In this document: in pieces, positions 27,373 to 40,995 of the stretch | How positions within the stretch are numbered: position 1 is the stretch's first letter | Layout: each line of letters starts with the position of its first letter | Origin: Octopus bimaculoides | Lineage: Eukaryota | NCBI RefSeq assembly: GCF_001194135.2 | Contig: NC_068984.1 | Span: 2,650,340-2,714,339, forward strand | DNA: 64,000 nucleotides | Direction of reading: 5' to 3' | The notes under the pieces: model-generated | What the model saw: only the letters and a program-made list of their open reading frames with translations | Told to the model about the DNA's origin: nothing | Databases searched by the model: none | Translations under genes and position numbers: made by a program

Positions 27373-28903
27373 AAAGATAAATAAGTAAATGAGTGGAAAT
27401 TTTACCGTTGAGTGTGTTAAATTATATAGCACTAAAAGAGAATGAATCTCCCCAAACAAAACAATATGCTTCAACACACGAACTTACATAAAGAATCTTG
27501 CAAACCAAATCCAAAAACGAAATGAGTTTATCATAAAATAGAAATCCATCTTTTGTACAACAGTGAGGAGTACAATCTTTTAAACCTACCCTTGAGTATT
27601 ACGGGTACATATTGATAAACGGACAGAAAGAGTGGATTAAGTACGAACACTGAATAGTCAAATAGCGAACTTAAAAGCAATTTTACTATGGTTGGGCCTT
27701 CTTGATCTTCGCCAGCTATCAGTGTTATCTAGAATAAAGTAAGGCCAGGATATTGACGCAGTCGTAATCAGCATTGGATATCGATATTCGATAATAAATT
27801 ATAGGTGAGGAGGAGAAGATATATTGAAATGGTGCACATCACAGAAAGTTTAACAAATCAACCATATTCTTAAATAAGCAAATGAAGTAGGTGTCTTGTA
27901 GAAATTGTTTGCTTTATCGGTGCCATGTTCTGTTATTTGGTAGCAGAGATTCACCGGCGCATCAATACAAGCGTTCATAATGCATGTATGTATGTACGTA
28001 TGTGTTTGCATGTATGTATGTATGTATGTATGTATGTATGTATGTATGTATGTATGTAGGTAGGTAGGTAGGTAGGTAGGTAGGTAGGTAGATATGTATG
28101 TATGTTTATATATTTATGTGAATGTATATATCTATGTGTATCTATAAATATCAATAGTATATAAAAAAGATATATCTACACACATACACACACATGTACA
28201 TTGTGTATGTGGAGGTGTGAGCTTGTGCGTGTAAGTGTGTGTGTGTGCAAACATTCTTACAGTGTGTGTGTGTCTATAAGATATGCACAAATAATTATAT
28301 TTGAACGAGTGAATATGCTAATCAATATATTCATATCTNNNNNNNNNNNNNNNNNNNNNNNNNNNNNNNNNNNNNNNNNNNNNNNNNNNNNNNNNNNNNN
28401 NNNNNNNNNNNNNNNNNNNNNNNNNNNNNNNNNNNNNNNNNNNNNNNNNNNNNNNNNNNNNNNNNNNNNNNNNNNNNNNNNNNNNNNNNNNNNNNNNNNN
28501 NNNNNNNNNNNNNNNNNNNNNNNNNNNNNNNNNNNNNNNNNNNNNNNNNNNNNNNNNNNNNNNNNNNNNNNNNNNNNNNNNNNNNNNNNNNNNNNNNNNN
28601 NNNNNNNNNNNNNNNNNNNNNNNNNNNNNNNNNNNNNNNNNNNNNNNNNNNNNNNNNNNNNNNNNNNNNNNNNNNNNNNNNNNNNNNNNNNNNNNNNNNN
28701 NNNNNNNNNNNNNNNNNNNNNNNNNNNNNNNNNNNNNNNNNNNNNNNNNNNNNNNNNNNNNNNNNNNNNNNNNNNNNNNNNNNNNNNNNNNNNNNNNNNN
28801 NNNNNNNNNNNNNNNNNNNNNNNNNNNNNNNNNNNNNNNNNNNNNNNNNNNNNNNNNNNNNNNNNNNNNNNNNNNNNNNNNNNNAAACACAAACAACCCC
28901 CCT

Positions 28904-28941
<38 letters not shown>

Positions 28942-28959
28942 TGTGTATACGTAGATACC

Positions 28960-29593
28960 GCCCAACAGCAGCAACAACAAAACTACAGCAGCAAACGAAG
29001 GTAAGCAAAATGGTAACGATAGGGAAACTTCGACAGCGTCGACCATCATAAATACTATAACTGCAGCCACTACCCCCTTCAACCCAACCACCACCACCAC
29101 CACCGAAACAGCAATGACAACAACCATTATCAAATGACATAAACGCCATTACGGCAAGTAAAACTTCAATAAAGCGTTAGACCTCCACTAACACCACCGC
29201 CGCCGCCGCTATCGTCATCATCATCGTCATCATCATCATCATCATCATCATCGTTATAATCATCGTCATCTGCAGCAGTATCAGCTGCAAAATCACCACC
29301 ACCACCACTATCACCACCACCGCCCCCCCCACCAAAGCCATCACCAAAGCCACGACGACGACCACCACCACCACTAATAACAACCCCAAGAACAACTACA
29401 AGACCTTTGACAACGACAACAGTAACAGCATTAATAGAAGCAGCAACAACATCAACAACAACAACAACACCGCTTCAACCAACAACAACAACATCAATAA
29501 CAGGGAAAATAATGTCACCACCACCACCACCACAAACACCATCAGAAATAACAGCATTGTCATCACCACCAACACAAACTAATAATATAACAG

Positions 29594-29629
<36 letters not shown>

Positions 29630-29630
29630 G
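28960..29630. repeat. Cryptic trinucleotide tract (CAA/CAC/CAT/CAG/CTA mosaics)
   Basis: Direct reading; a similar tract lies at 31455-31810. Confidence 0.85.
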
Positions 29631-29998
29631 CCTGCATTTCCTCATTGCATATTGTAATAACATGCCTCATGAAGACGGGTCGTATGGATGGAAGTTGATG
29701 AAAAGCTACTTAACATATAGAATATTTCTAATGGCGTTAATCTGATAGAAACCAGGGCGGCGGCGGGAGCGGCGGCGATGGTGGTGGTGGCGGTGGAGTA
29801 TGAGCGACACACAGACGTAGATCGGTTCTTACTTCGATGTACTTGAGGTTGCATCATATCGCTTGGGTTCCTTTAAAATGTCAGGGTAAAAAACCAGAAG
29901 AAGAAACTCATTGAGGTTGCCAGAGAAATGTGAAGGGGATCGAAAATAAACAGGGTAATAGCAGGAGAGAGGATGGGGAAGGGGGTCTGGGACAGGAC

Positions 29999-30037
<39 letters not shown>

Positions 30038-30644
30038 TATGTGAGTGTGATGTGAGTGTGATGTGAGTGTGTGTGTGTGTATATATGTATATATATAAAT
30101 ATATACATGTACACACATGTATGTATGCATGTATGTATGCATGTATGTTCTTATAAGTATGCATGAGTGTGTGCGTGTGTATATGTATCAGCCGAGTGGT
30201 GTTATGAGAAGGCTAGTTGTCGGTGTTTCCGTAAAGGAACCGTTTACTGGAGCCATAGTGAGCTAAGTGATTTTGTATAGAAATATATATAACATTTACA
30301 CTTCTCTGCATACAAACACAAACGCACACAAACACACACTAACTCACGCATGCCTATACATAAATGTTAATACTAAAGGCATTTCTGCATGAAACTGTGA
30401 TCACGTGGTATCTGAAGCTATTTGCCCAGTGGAGATTTCTGCTGAGTTTCGATGCTTTACTAATGGAAATTCTTCACACTTAAACCAGCAATAGAACTGG
30501 GAAAAGTATTTTCCCTTTCGTCAAGATTTAACATGCGGTCACCAGTATATTACTGGAAGTTAATTAATCCACCCACTAAGAAAGACAATATTTAAGTCGA
30601 AGTTAAATGTAATGGAACGTTCAGATCTTTTTATATTTCGCCCA

Positions 30645-31019
30645 TTACTTGTTTCAGTCGGTAGACTGCGGCCATGCTGGGTCACCACATTGAAGACTTT
30701 TTAGTCGAATGAATCGACCCCAGTTCTTATGATTATTGAAGTTTGGTACTAATTCTATCGATCTCTTTTGCAGAACCGCTAAGATTTGGGGGACGTAAAT
30801 ACACGAACACCTGTTGGTAAGTGGTGGCGCGGGACAAACACGCACACATATATACGACGGGATTCTTTTAGTTTCCGTCGACCAGATCCATTCACAGGGC
30901 TTTGGTCAGCCGAAGCTATAGTAAAAGATAGTTGCCCAAAGTAGCAAGTAGTGGTACGGACTGAACCTGCAACAATGTGGTTAGGGAGTAAGTCTCTTAC
31001 CACAGCCACGGCTGCACCT
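30645..31019 (-). mobile_element. SINE family A, older diverged full-length copy
   Basis: ttacttgtttcagtc..gcggccatgctgg...gactgaacctgcaacaatgtggtt..cttaccacagccacggctgcacc. Confidence 0.85.
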
Positions 31020-33294
31020 CTAACCACCAATCTATAGAATATAAGTTTGCAGTAATAAGCTTAATATGGAGCGCCCAGCCATTCGTTCAGCTTGTTGTAT
31101 GTCTGTATGGACCCGTAGGATATAAGCGTACATCAATATCGTTAATTCTATTCACAGTTATCGTTACGGAAGAAGCGGGAAAAGAAGTTGGATGAAATGT
31201 TAAGTCTAACATATTGAAGGAAATCTTTTTATATGGAACATCAATGTCTCTGTGATAATGTTGGTAAAACTGAAGCATTTGAATTCCTCCATTTACATTG
31301 ATATATGCACTTCCACGCAGAAGTCAAGCAAACAGCTTCTATACAGGCACTTGATCTGCTAAACCTAGCCACCTAATCATCTTCAAAGTTCACTGTAGCA
31401 GCTTCAATATTGAAAATATTAGTGCGTTCGATCAGAAAACTGACCTAAGGCTACACCAACAATGCCACCATCACCACCACCACCATCACCACCACCACCA
31501 CCAATACCACCACCACCAATACAACCACCACCACCACTACCACCAACTCCACCACCACCACCACCATCACCACCAACTCCACCACCACCACCACCACCAC
31601 TACCACCAATAAATNNNNNNNNNNNNNNNNNNNNNNNNNNNNNNNNNNNNNNNNNNNNCCACTACTACCACCGAAAATACCACCACCACCACCACCACCA
31701 CCACCAGCAACAACAACAACAACAACAACTGCATCAAGGTCAACAACTGAACTTTCACACCACCCACAGTCAACACCACTCCAAACACGACCGCCGCCGC
31801 CGCCGTCACTACCACCGCTTCTACCATTCATACACGAATACATTCATACTTACATATTGATTTATTGACATTCCCAAACTCTTTTCTCCAATAGAATCTC
31901 TCCAGAACTGTAACACTGTAGAGTTGTAATTATGGTTTAATTGAAACCCAGAATCTCCACACATTATCTAACGCCGTCTTTTCATCTTTTTAGATGTTGT
32001 CTTGCAAGTAACTTGATCAGAGATTCTAGTGTTGGAACTGACGCAGCAACTACAGTCTGGAAGAGTCATTCTGGCCATTTAATAACACACAAAACTGTTA
32101 AATTTATTTAAAATTAAAATTTATTTCACAAGACTACAACATTTTCGTTACACTTCTGCGACCTAATCAATGATTCCGTTCCGCTGCAACAGCTTTAAAA
32201 TGTATCAATACTTTTTACAGGCCGACAGTTTTTCTTTCCTTTTCCTTTCTTATTTCCAGTTATGTGTTTTATTTCTATTTCTTTTTTTTTTTTTGGTCTA
32301 GAGACGGGCGTCTGTAGTACTCATGCAGATTGACACTGATTTCATGACGTCACCGAATGGCCATCGCTACTAACTTTCAGAGTTTCTGTCTTTTCGCTTC
32401 TTTACAGCATTGTGTGTATAAAGTCGGATAAATTACCAAACACAAATTTAAAGTGAATTCAAAAAATTTGTGTGGAAGGAAATGGCTTTACCACGATGCC
32501 ATTCCTATTATTAACAAGAAAACGTTCATTTTTAGCTACAAAGCAACCAAAAGACAAAAAACAAACAAAAAAAAACAAAGAAAGAAATTAGAATAAAAAA
32601 CAGAACCGGAAGTATAATCCTGTTCAAGTAACGTGGGAGTTTTTAAGTAGAAGCTCGACTCTCAAGAAGATCATTGTCACCGCCTTGAAAACAGGTGGCC
32701 ACTACGCCCTGTGTAGTCCCAGAAACCAGTAAAAAGACGAGATGGTCGTGACTAGAATGGTGTTCACCAATACATCTTTGAGCGTCCAAATTAATTGACT
32801 TAAACTAAATAGTTAAGATTATATACCAGCAACCTGTTGGCAGGGACCTCAGTCCACACAGCATCAATGTGTGGTACGCACACACCATTTGATTTCATAT
32901 TTTCTTCTTTCTTTTAGTCTCTATATTAGGTCTGCTAGTGACGTTGCGTGTCACCGATTAATCTTTCGGAATGAGGAGATATGGTTCTGATAACGGATCT
33001 TGAACTGGTTTTCGGAGGCTCCAGTGTATGCATATTTATTTTGCAGTGTGGTGATTGAGCATTTATATATGATGCTTTTCGCGTGCATTGACTCTTAAGC
33101 GGACATGCAGCTTTATTGCGACAGCTGCAATAATTTGCACTATTATTATCTTTGTTGTCATTTGGTGACTTCTTGTATTTGTTTTCGTGATATTCCGGCT
33201 GGTTTACAGTGTCTGCAGTGTTCTTGATATTATGGCTTGTTTTTCTGTTTCTTTTCTCAGTTTTTGGTTAGCTCCGATTATAACTACACGCACA

Positions 33295-33335
<41 letters not shown>

Positions 33336-33581
33336 GCAACACATGCACCACACACCCAGACATACATATCACTAAACTGAACAAAGGGCACTAACCAGCA
33401 CCAGTATTGCTAGAAATAGGAGTCAAAACAACTCAATAGCCACAGAAGCACTATCTTAATGAACTGACAAGGGACATAAGCTTCCTACGGTCGCAGAAAT
33501 AGCCAGATCATCGACGATCGCATTTTGATGCTTAACGCATCCTAATGTTCATAGGTGCCTCTCACTGCACCTAACGTTAAA

Positions 33582-33630
<49 letters not shown>

Positions 33631-34029
33631 CTGTTGTAAAATCCGATTTCCGTGCCTCATAATGGTGTAACACCCTCATTAGATGTCTAATAGCTATGGT
33701 GGTGATGTATATATCCTTTCAAAGTTACAAAGGTACTCGACTTCCGATCTTACAGAAACACTGCATCACAGAAATGGGTACGCAGCCAATTGATTAGAAG
33801 CTGGAACCTACCTTCACTGAAGAAGCAACTGCAGCCTTTCCCACCCAGCTAGACGGTTGGCATTGCATAAAAGCTAACACAATGCAAAAGAGCTGTACTA
33901 CATTCCTGCACAGGTTAATCGGATCGCTCTGCGGTGGTAGAACAAAATACGGATGACTAGAGGCTGTTCAGAATCTCAGGTATTCGTAGTTTGCTGACAA
34001 TCTTGGCCATATTGCACCTGCAACTACAG

Positions 34030-35100
34030 ATCATTGGTAAAAGAAAACTGGTATGACCAATGTAGTGGAGGAGGAAGTGACACTTAAATGTGACGCGTTA
34101 GGACTCTGCGGCGGAACTCGTCGAAGACTAGAATTAACTGCGAGATGGATGGATGGAAGTGTTTGTGAAATTGGGAAAGGCAGATGCAGTAAGAACAAGG
34201 GGGGGGGGCGGGTGTGCACATGTTTTAGTGTAACTAATAAATAAGCGTCGAAAATCATGTTGTGCAATTTGTCTTCATATTGCACAAGGGTGCTAAATGT
34301 CCGTCTGTCAAGAAATGTGATACTCAAAATCCTTCAGATCTATACCCTTACATGTAACAGCAAGGACGACAAAATAGGAGAGTGTGTGAAGCCCTCGTAA
34401 AGTATTAGCTCCAAAACCCACTTATACTGTTGTGATGGAGGGTGTCAATGCAAAGGTCGAGAAAAGACGACAAAGTGAGAAACATGTTAGAAAATTTGGT
34501 TTGAGAGAAAGAAAAGGAAGAGGAAAAAGTTAAGTCACCAGGACAGAGGCCAAAATAAATCATCTCGGAATAGTCTGTTCAGGAAAAGATCTGGAAAGAA
34601 TATAACCCCAAGTGCCCGGCTCCGACAACATCCTGGTCGACAGATGACATACACTGCAAGACATCTTAGTCGTAACACCTTTCAACATCGACAGCGATGA
34701 TTGTTTGTTAAGATCAAGATTGTCATTGACAAAATTACCGAGAAAATGCCACTAAGTATCACGAAGAGGAATCAACACACCAAGGCCTTTGCTGTGACAC
34801 AGTTGCAGGATACATTCAGGAAAGAAACTTGGAGACAACTTGAAATTCCTGTAGGAAAGGTGTTTAATAAGGTAATGCCATTTTCCCTAAGGCTCTTCAC
34901 CGCGTGTCTTAAAATAGTCATTCGGAATAGTAACCGGAAAGATTGCATCAACATCATTGGTGAGTGGCTGACACACTTCCAAATGGTCGGTGATACCGTC
35001 CTGGTCGCAGAAACCACAGGTCAGCTGCTGAAAGAGGCGCATATCCAGAATTCGGCTGCAATCCTCAAAGCATACCGCATGAAAACAAAATACTTGTAGG
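34030..35100 (+). mobile_element. Decayed, internally deleted RTE-clade LINE (AP endonuclease plus RT)
   Basis: Endonuclease: EEEVTLKCDALGLCGGTRRRLELTARWMDGS and RNVILKILQIYT. RT: EIPVGKVFNKVMPFSLRLFTACLKIVIRN..INIIGEWLTHFQMVGDTVLVAET (the QGD..SP.LF and FADD motifs are mutated). Confidence 0.78.
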
Positions 35101-36395
35101 ATTGCTATCGTCAGATATCGAAGAAATAGTCATGTCGTTAATAGAATTGGTTTTAGGCTGCTTTCTAACTTTCTCGTGGTTTACTATGAAGAGGAATGAA
35201 CATTTCTTCTGACTAAAAACCATTCTCTCTTTTTAGAATGGCGTAGCCAGTTCTGGGTTCTTCATATTTCTAATTTTGTCAATTAACGTTACATTGTCCA
35301 CAAAGAAGCAATGTATCAGGTTAATTCTCTCAAACCAAATGGTTTTTTTTTCTGAAGTTATAACCAACGTCACAGAAGAATAATATCCTTGTGATACAGA
35401 ATCCTCTCTTCCTGTATTTAAATTCAGAATGATGACAATGGAAAGAAGTCGAATTACACTCTAATCGAACTCCTTCTCTCTCTGTCTCTCTTTCCTCTGC
35501 ATCTCTTACATCACAATTTTGTTAATTAGAAGCTGCTCGGCACATGATGAAATTCCAGTTTCATTTCTACTGATGTCAACCGCCTTCCAATGTTATAGCT
35601 ACACTGAGATCTTGATCGGTAAAGGCTGATAAAATACCCAGATAGGAAGCCAGGTCTTTGTGTACCAGTTTTCGACCATCAAATATATTCCTTGTGTTTT
35701 CTACTCTGAACTTTCCAATTACTTTCCCGAAGTTATTAATTATTGATACTGCAAACTTTTAGTTCGATGCAGAGACAATAAGTTTTCAAATTTTACTTCC
35801 TATTCATTCTCTTATTTCAGACAATTAATCCATAGCTTCTTAATAATTAATTTTCTATAACATTTAATGATTGTCCCCCGTCCCCACCACATACCCCGTG
35901 ATTCTGTCAATTTCTTATTATTTTCCCTTCAGCGTCTCTCTCTTCTGATGTCGGAGTTTTTCAAGCACTTAAAACTGCGGCAAATAATTTGTTTACAAGT
36001 ATTTTTCTCTCTGCACTGTTTGCAAACTTTGTTTTTATTTTATTCAATATATTCCACTCTTTGTTGGCGAGGAGTCGAGTTATTCGCCTGTTTGCGTGTG
36101 ATAAGCAGCGCTTCCTGATAACCTCACATAAACTATTTTTCCCGTTGTCCAAAATCCACGATGGTACTTTCTATTTTGCTTCCGTTGACTGCAACGCTTT
36201 GCAGTCGTCGAGAAGGTGTAGAAACAAGCGTTACAATGCCAAAAAACCAAGGAATAATTTTGGTATATATCTACCCTCGGTTTCGTTAAACCTCGTTCAA
36301 TTTGTTGGAAAATTGACCTTATTTAGTCACATTCCATGAGAGTATCTTGGTCAGCCTATGAACTTTTCAGCCGACCCTCGTAGTAAAATGTTTCA

Positions 36396-36538
36396 AGTGT
36401 GGCTGAGAGATAAGACGTTTCCTTCCCAACCACATGGTTCTGGGTTCAGTCCTACTGCATGGCACTTTGAGCAAGAAGTGTCTTCGGGCTGAAAAGGCCT
36501 TGTGGGTGATCTTGGTAGACGGAAACTGAAAGAAGCCC
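36396..36538 (+). mobile_element. SINE family A 5' half, followed by a long compound microsatellite (~36570-36990)
   Basis: ccaaccacatggttctgggttcagtcctactgcatggcactttgagcaag...ggtagacggaaactgaaagaagccc. Confidence 0.8.
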
Positions 36539-36622
36539 ATCATATGACCAGACTCTGCATAAGGACTACCATCATGTATGTATGTGTCTGTCTGTCTATT
36601 GTCTCTCTGTTTGTCTATCCGT

Positions 36623-36696
<74 letters not shown>

Positions 36697-36770
36697 CACT
36701 ATGTCTCACTTTCTCTGTCTGTCTATCTAACCATTTCTTTCTCTCTCTTTTTCTTTCTCTCTCATCTTTC

Positions 36771-36829
<59 letters not shown>

Positions 36830-36842
36830 CTTTGTCTCTTTG

Positions 36843-36887
<45 letters not shown>

Positions 36888-37090
36888 CGTTTTGTCTCTC
36901 TCTCTCTCTCTCTCTCTTTCCTTCTCTCTTTCTATCTGTCTATCTACCTATCTCTACATTTCTCTATGTCTATTGTTTTTTTCTCTCTCTGTCCCTCTCT
37001 ATGTACCAATCAATATATCTAATTTACGAGATTTCTTCCAGCAGGTAAGATGAGAAAGAGAAAGGGAACAGTAAGCATGAAGAGAAAGAG

Positions 37091-37132
<42 letters not shown>

Positions 37133-38359
37133 GGTGAGAGAGAGAGATAGGAGGGAAAGCAAACGAGGAAGAGGGTTGAGGCGGTAGAGAGTGCGACTAG
37201 ATTCAAACAAACTACTTACGTAATTTACTTGTGATCCCATGACGAGATGTTTACACACAAACCTACACACCAACACACGTACATACGAAACGAATAGTGA
37301 ACATTACAGTCACATGCACAGGCATACACACACACACACACACACAAACACGCACACACACGCACAGAAACACACATACACGCACAAACGCAAACACATT
37401 CTCTCGCACACATTTATAGATAAGTTACGTGTGTATAAGTGTGCGTTTGTCTACAACTGTAAGTTTGTGAGCATACATATGTGTGTGTATATATATATAT
37501 ATGTGTGTGTGTGTGTATACACACGAACACACACACAAACACACACACACACACGCACACACGCACAAAAACAAACACACACACACAGGCATGTTATGCC
37601 ATCGCATATTTTCCCATCCTATTCCAGTCCGTTCCTATCGATACAAAAGCCGTTGCTGATCCCCAATCTAAAATTAATCGATATTCTCCGCCATAAATCA
37701 ACGATCCCTTATTCACCACAGCAGGCATGCAACCTTTCCCTTATTTTCCTCTCCCTCTTTCTTCATTGCCACATCTTCCCTCGGCCAACTTGCCACCAAG
37801 CGCAATCTTACCAACCAACCGATATTCGCCGATGTTGTTCGCCTTGCTACAACCNNNNNNNNNNNNNNNNNNNNNNNNNNNNNNNNNNNNNNNNNNNNNN
37901 NNNNNNNNNNNNNNNNNNNNNNNNNNNNNNNNNNNNNNNNNNNNNNNNNNNNNNNNNNNNNNNNNNNNNNNNNNNNNNNNNNNNNNNNNNNNNNNNNNNN
38001 NNNNNNNNNCCACCGCCGCCACCGCCGCCGCCTCTGCTGCCGCTTTCTCTCTTCAGCCTTATTCTCTCTCTCTCTTGGAATCAAAGCAGGAATCCTTGCC
38101 AATTGTCAATAGTTGTAAGGGTTGGGTAGGAGGGCGGTCGTAGGGTTTGTGGGGGGTTTCCAGCCAATTGGTGGTTCAAGGAATTGTTGTTTGTCTCTAC
38201 TATCTAAATTGCATACATACACATTTCATACATAGACGCATACATGCATACATACAAACATATATATACAATCTTACACTTATACATGTATATATATATA
38301 CTATATATATATATATATATGTATTTAAACGTATAATTATAAAATGCAATTATAATTAA

Positions 38360-38497
38360 GGGCTACTGGAAATGACCAGCGGCCTACGCTAGAAGTAGAT
38401 GTCAAATACCTACAATCCACTATAAAATTTGCCCTCTATATTTGTGGGTATTTGACATCTACTTCTAGCGTAGGCCGCTGGTCACATCCCGTAGCCC
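38360..38497. mobile_element. 138-bp MITE-like hairpin with TTAA flanks and GG termini (Kolobok-like signature)
   Basis: 56-bp arms 38360-38415 and 38442-38497 (52/56 complementary); TTAA at 38356-38359 and 38498-38501. Confidence 0.7.
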
Positions 38498-38612
38498 TTA
38501 ATTACAGTTATATCTTATAATTATATGCTTTTAAAAAATTTAATTTTACTTATACGATCACTGTTATGCGCTAGGCCACTGATATAATCATTTTTTGATT
38601 ATATCCTTATTC

Positions 38613-38643
<31 letters not shown>

Positions 38644-38930
38644 GTATGTGCTTATATATATATATATATGTATGCATATATATATAAATGTGTGTATGTG
38701 TATGTTTACATGCACATTACTCATACACACCCATACACATGAACGCATATATGCTTTGTGTGTAATGTTTCTAATGTGTGTATGTGCGTGTATGTGCGCG
38801 CGCATGTGTGTGCAAGAACACGTGGTTTGTGTTTTGCAGTCAGGGACCATGCAAAATGAGAGAGAGAGAGAGAGAGAGCGTGTGTGTGTGTGTGTGAGAG
38901 AGAGAGTGTGTGTGTGAGAAAGAGAAAGTT

Positions 38931-38963
<33 letters not shown>

Positions 38964-40059
38964 CAGAGAAAGAGGGGAGTGAGCGAGCGAGAGGAGAGAA
39001 TGTGTGTTTATGTAACATAGCGTGAAGTTATTGTGAATAATCACGTCTGCTTGTGTGTTTCATATGTGTTAGCATGAATGCAAGTGCTTGGTGCATCCGT
39101 GCATATTTTATGTGCATGGGTACGTATACATGTGTACATATGCATGGGTTTGTGTGTACGTGTTTGTGTGCATTTGTGTGTGTGCACGCCTTTGTGCGTG
39201 TGTGCGAGTGCATATGTAAGTGTGTTCGTGTGTGCTACCTGAATTCGTTAATGTTTAGTTATCGAATCCCGCAGCGTTCAGTGCTGCTGCATTCGACCCG
39301 GGTACCACACCCCTTACGTTCTATCCATGTAAGAGCATCCGTTTAGGATGCATACCGAATCTACTCGGCTTCTGTTTGACATCCAGTATTTGCCTTTTAC
39401 TTCTGCGTTAATGCTACATCAACAGACCTCATTCTGTAAATAATGGTCGACGGAGGTGAGCTGTTGATAGGAAAAGCATTCATTTGAATATTGAAACTTG
39501 AATAGTCGTCGGTGATTGCATCACTAACTGAAACAGTTAACGATGTATAAGAGGAGAGCTGTAGAGAGCGGTGGGTGGCGTGGAACTGGGTGAGATGTAA
39601 ACTCTTGTACAAAACTGAGTCTGCGACCCGGGTTCCGTTTCTTTTCATCCTTTTACATAAACTGCAAATGCATACATTTCGCTATTTCTCAGATCAATAG
39701 ATCAATAGATCAATAGAACCGATTGATTGATACATATGATGACTAATAATCATTCAGCCGATTCTCATTTATGGTGCCTGGCTAATTTTTTAACGATGTT
39801 TGCTGAAGAGCAGATCCTTCACTAAGCGCTGGCCTCCTTTTTAACGGAGGAGTCTATCGTCGGATCTTTTATTTCTCCAGTAAATTTAATTCCCTTCGTT
39901 TCTGTCATTACAACCCTTAACAAAAATACCAGACATTAAAAACTTCACGCATCTCTAACGTCCACAACACACCCACCCACGTGTGCGTGCGTGCGTGTAT
40001 GCGTCTGCGTGCGCATGTGTATGCGTGTACACACATACATACATATATATTTTCAGTCA

Positions 40060-40270
40060 CATGTTTCAGTCATTTTGAGAGTAGCCATGCTGGAGCACCG
40101 CCTTAAGGGGTTTTAGTCGAACAAATCGACACCAAGACTTACTCTTCCTAAGTCTAGTACTTATTCTATCGATCTATTTTGTCGAACCGCTAAGTTACGG
40201 AGACGTTATCACACCAACATCGATTGTCAAGCGATAGTGGAGGGAGGGACAAGCTCAGACACAAACACAC
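40060..40270 (-). mobile_element. SINE family A 3' half
   Basis: tgtttcagtcatttt..gccatgctggagcaccgcc..tagtacttattctatcg..gaaccgctaagttacgg. Confidence 0.85.
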
Positions 40271-40274
40271 AAAT

Positions 40275-40353
<79 letters not shown>

Positions 40354-40681
40354 NNNNNNNNNNNNNNNNNNNNNNNNNNNNNNNNNNNNNNNNNNNNNNN
40401 NNNNNNNNNNNNNNNNNNNNNNNNNNNNNNNNNNNNNNNNNNNNNNNNNNNNNNNNNNNNNNNNNNNNNNNNNNNNNNNNNNNNNNNNNNNNNNNNNNNN
40501 NNNNNNNNNNNNNNNNNNNNNNNNNNNNNNNNNNNNNNNNNNNNNNNNNNNNNNNNNNNNNNNNNNNNNNNNNNNNNNNNNNNNNATATATATATATATA
40601 TAAGAAGGAAAAGACAACAAAAAGCAATGCAAGACGGGTATTTCAAGTCATTTATAATAATTTAGGGTAAGGTGAATTTGA

Positions 40682-40759
40682 GGTCTTACAGCTGTTTCTG
40701 GGATATCCCAAGTGATAGGCTAGCATGTCCGTACACTGGGTATTCAGCCATCAGAGTCA
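40682..40759 (-). ncRNA. Decayed hammerhead motif with long stem II and 8-nt palindromic stem III
   Basis: UGACU-CUGAUGG-CUGAAUACCCAGUG...CACUUGGGAUAUCCCA-GAA-ACAGCUGU-A-AGACC. The A9 position is G and the stems are partly mismatched. Confidence 0.42.
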
Positions 40760-40927
40760 CGTTGAGTATGTATGAAAGATCTAGACGGGGAAATTGACAG
40801 TTTATAAGGAATAAAATAGTAGATAGAAGAATAAAGATTAAAACAGTAGATAGAAGAATGCAGACAGGAGAATAAAGTTCACAGCTTATCTTCTTCCAGA
40901 GGGTATGGAAGTTGGTCTGTATTTTCG

Positions 40928-40995
<68 letters not shown>

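Larger units (their letters stand above)
27198..27463. mobile_element. ~266-bp palindrome (head-to-head inverted repeat, PLE-like) centred at 27329
   Basis: Arms of ~130 bp are reverse complements around ttttgagtcaaaa; each arm carries a hammerhead-like motif. Confidence 0.85.

Noticed and set aside
31087-31278. 63-aa minus ORF containing SSVTITVNRIND, faintly cadherin-like
   Set aside because: It lacks the DxNDNxPxF and other cadherin motifs and stops soon after; would need tBLASTn or RNA-seq support.
32132-32173. Minus-strand UUGAUUA-G-GUCGC..GUAAC-GAA-AAUGUU, possibly a decayed variant hammerhead
   Set aside because: The 3:8 pair, stem II and stem I are all broken; it cannot be supported without a family consensus.
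35961-36152. 63-aa minus ORF with protein-like composition (..RRITRLLANKEWNIL..)
   Set aside because: No recognisable family and no clear splice context; the length is within chance expectation.
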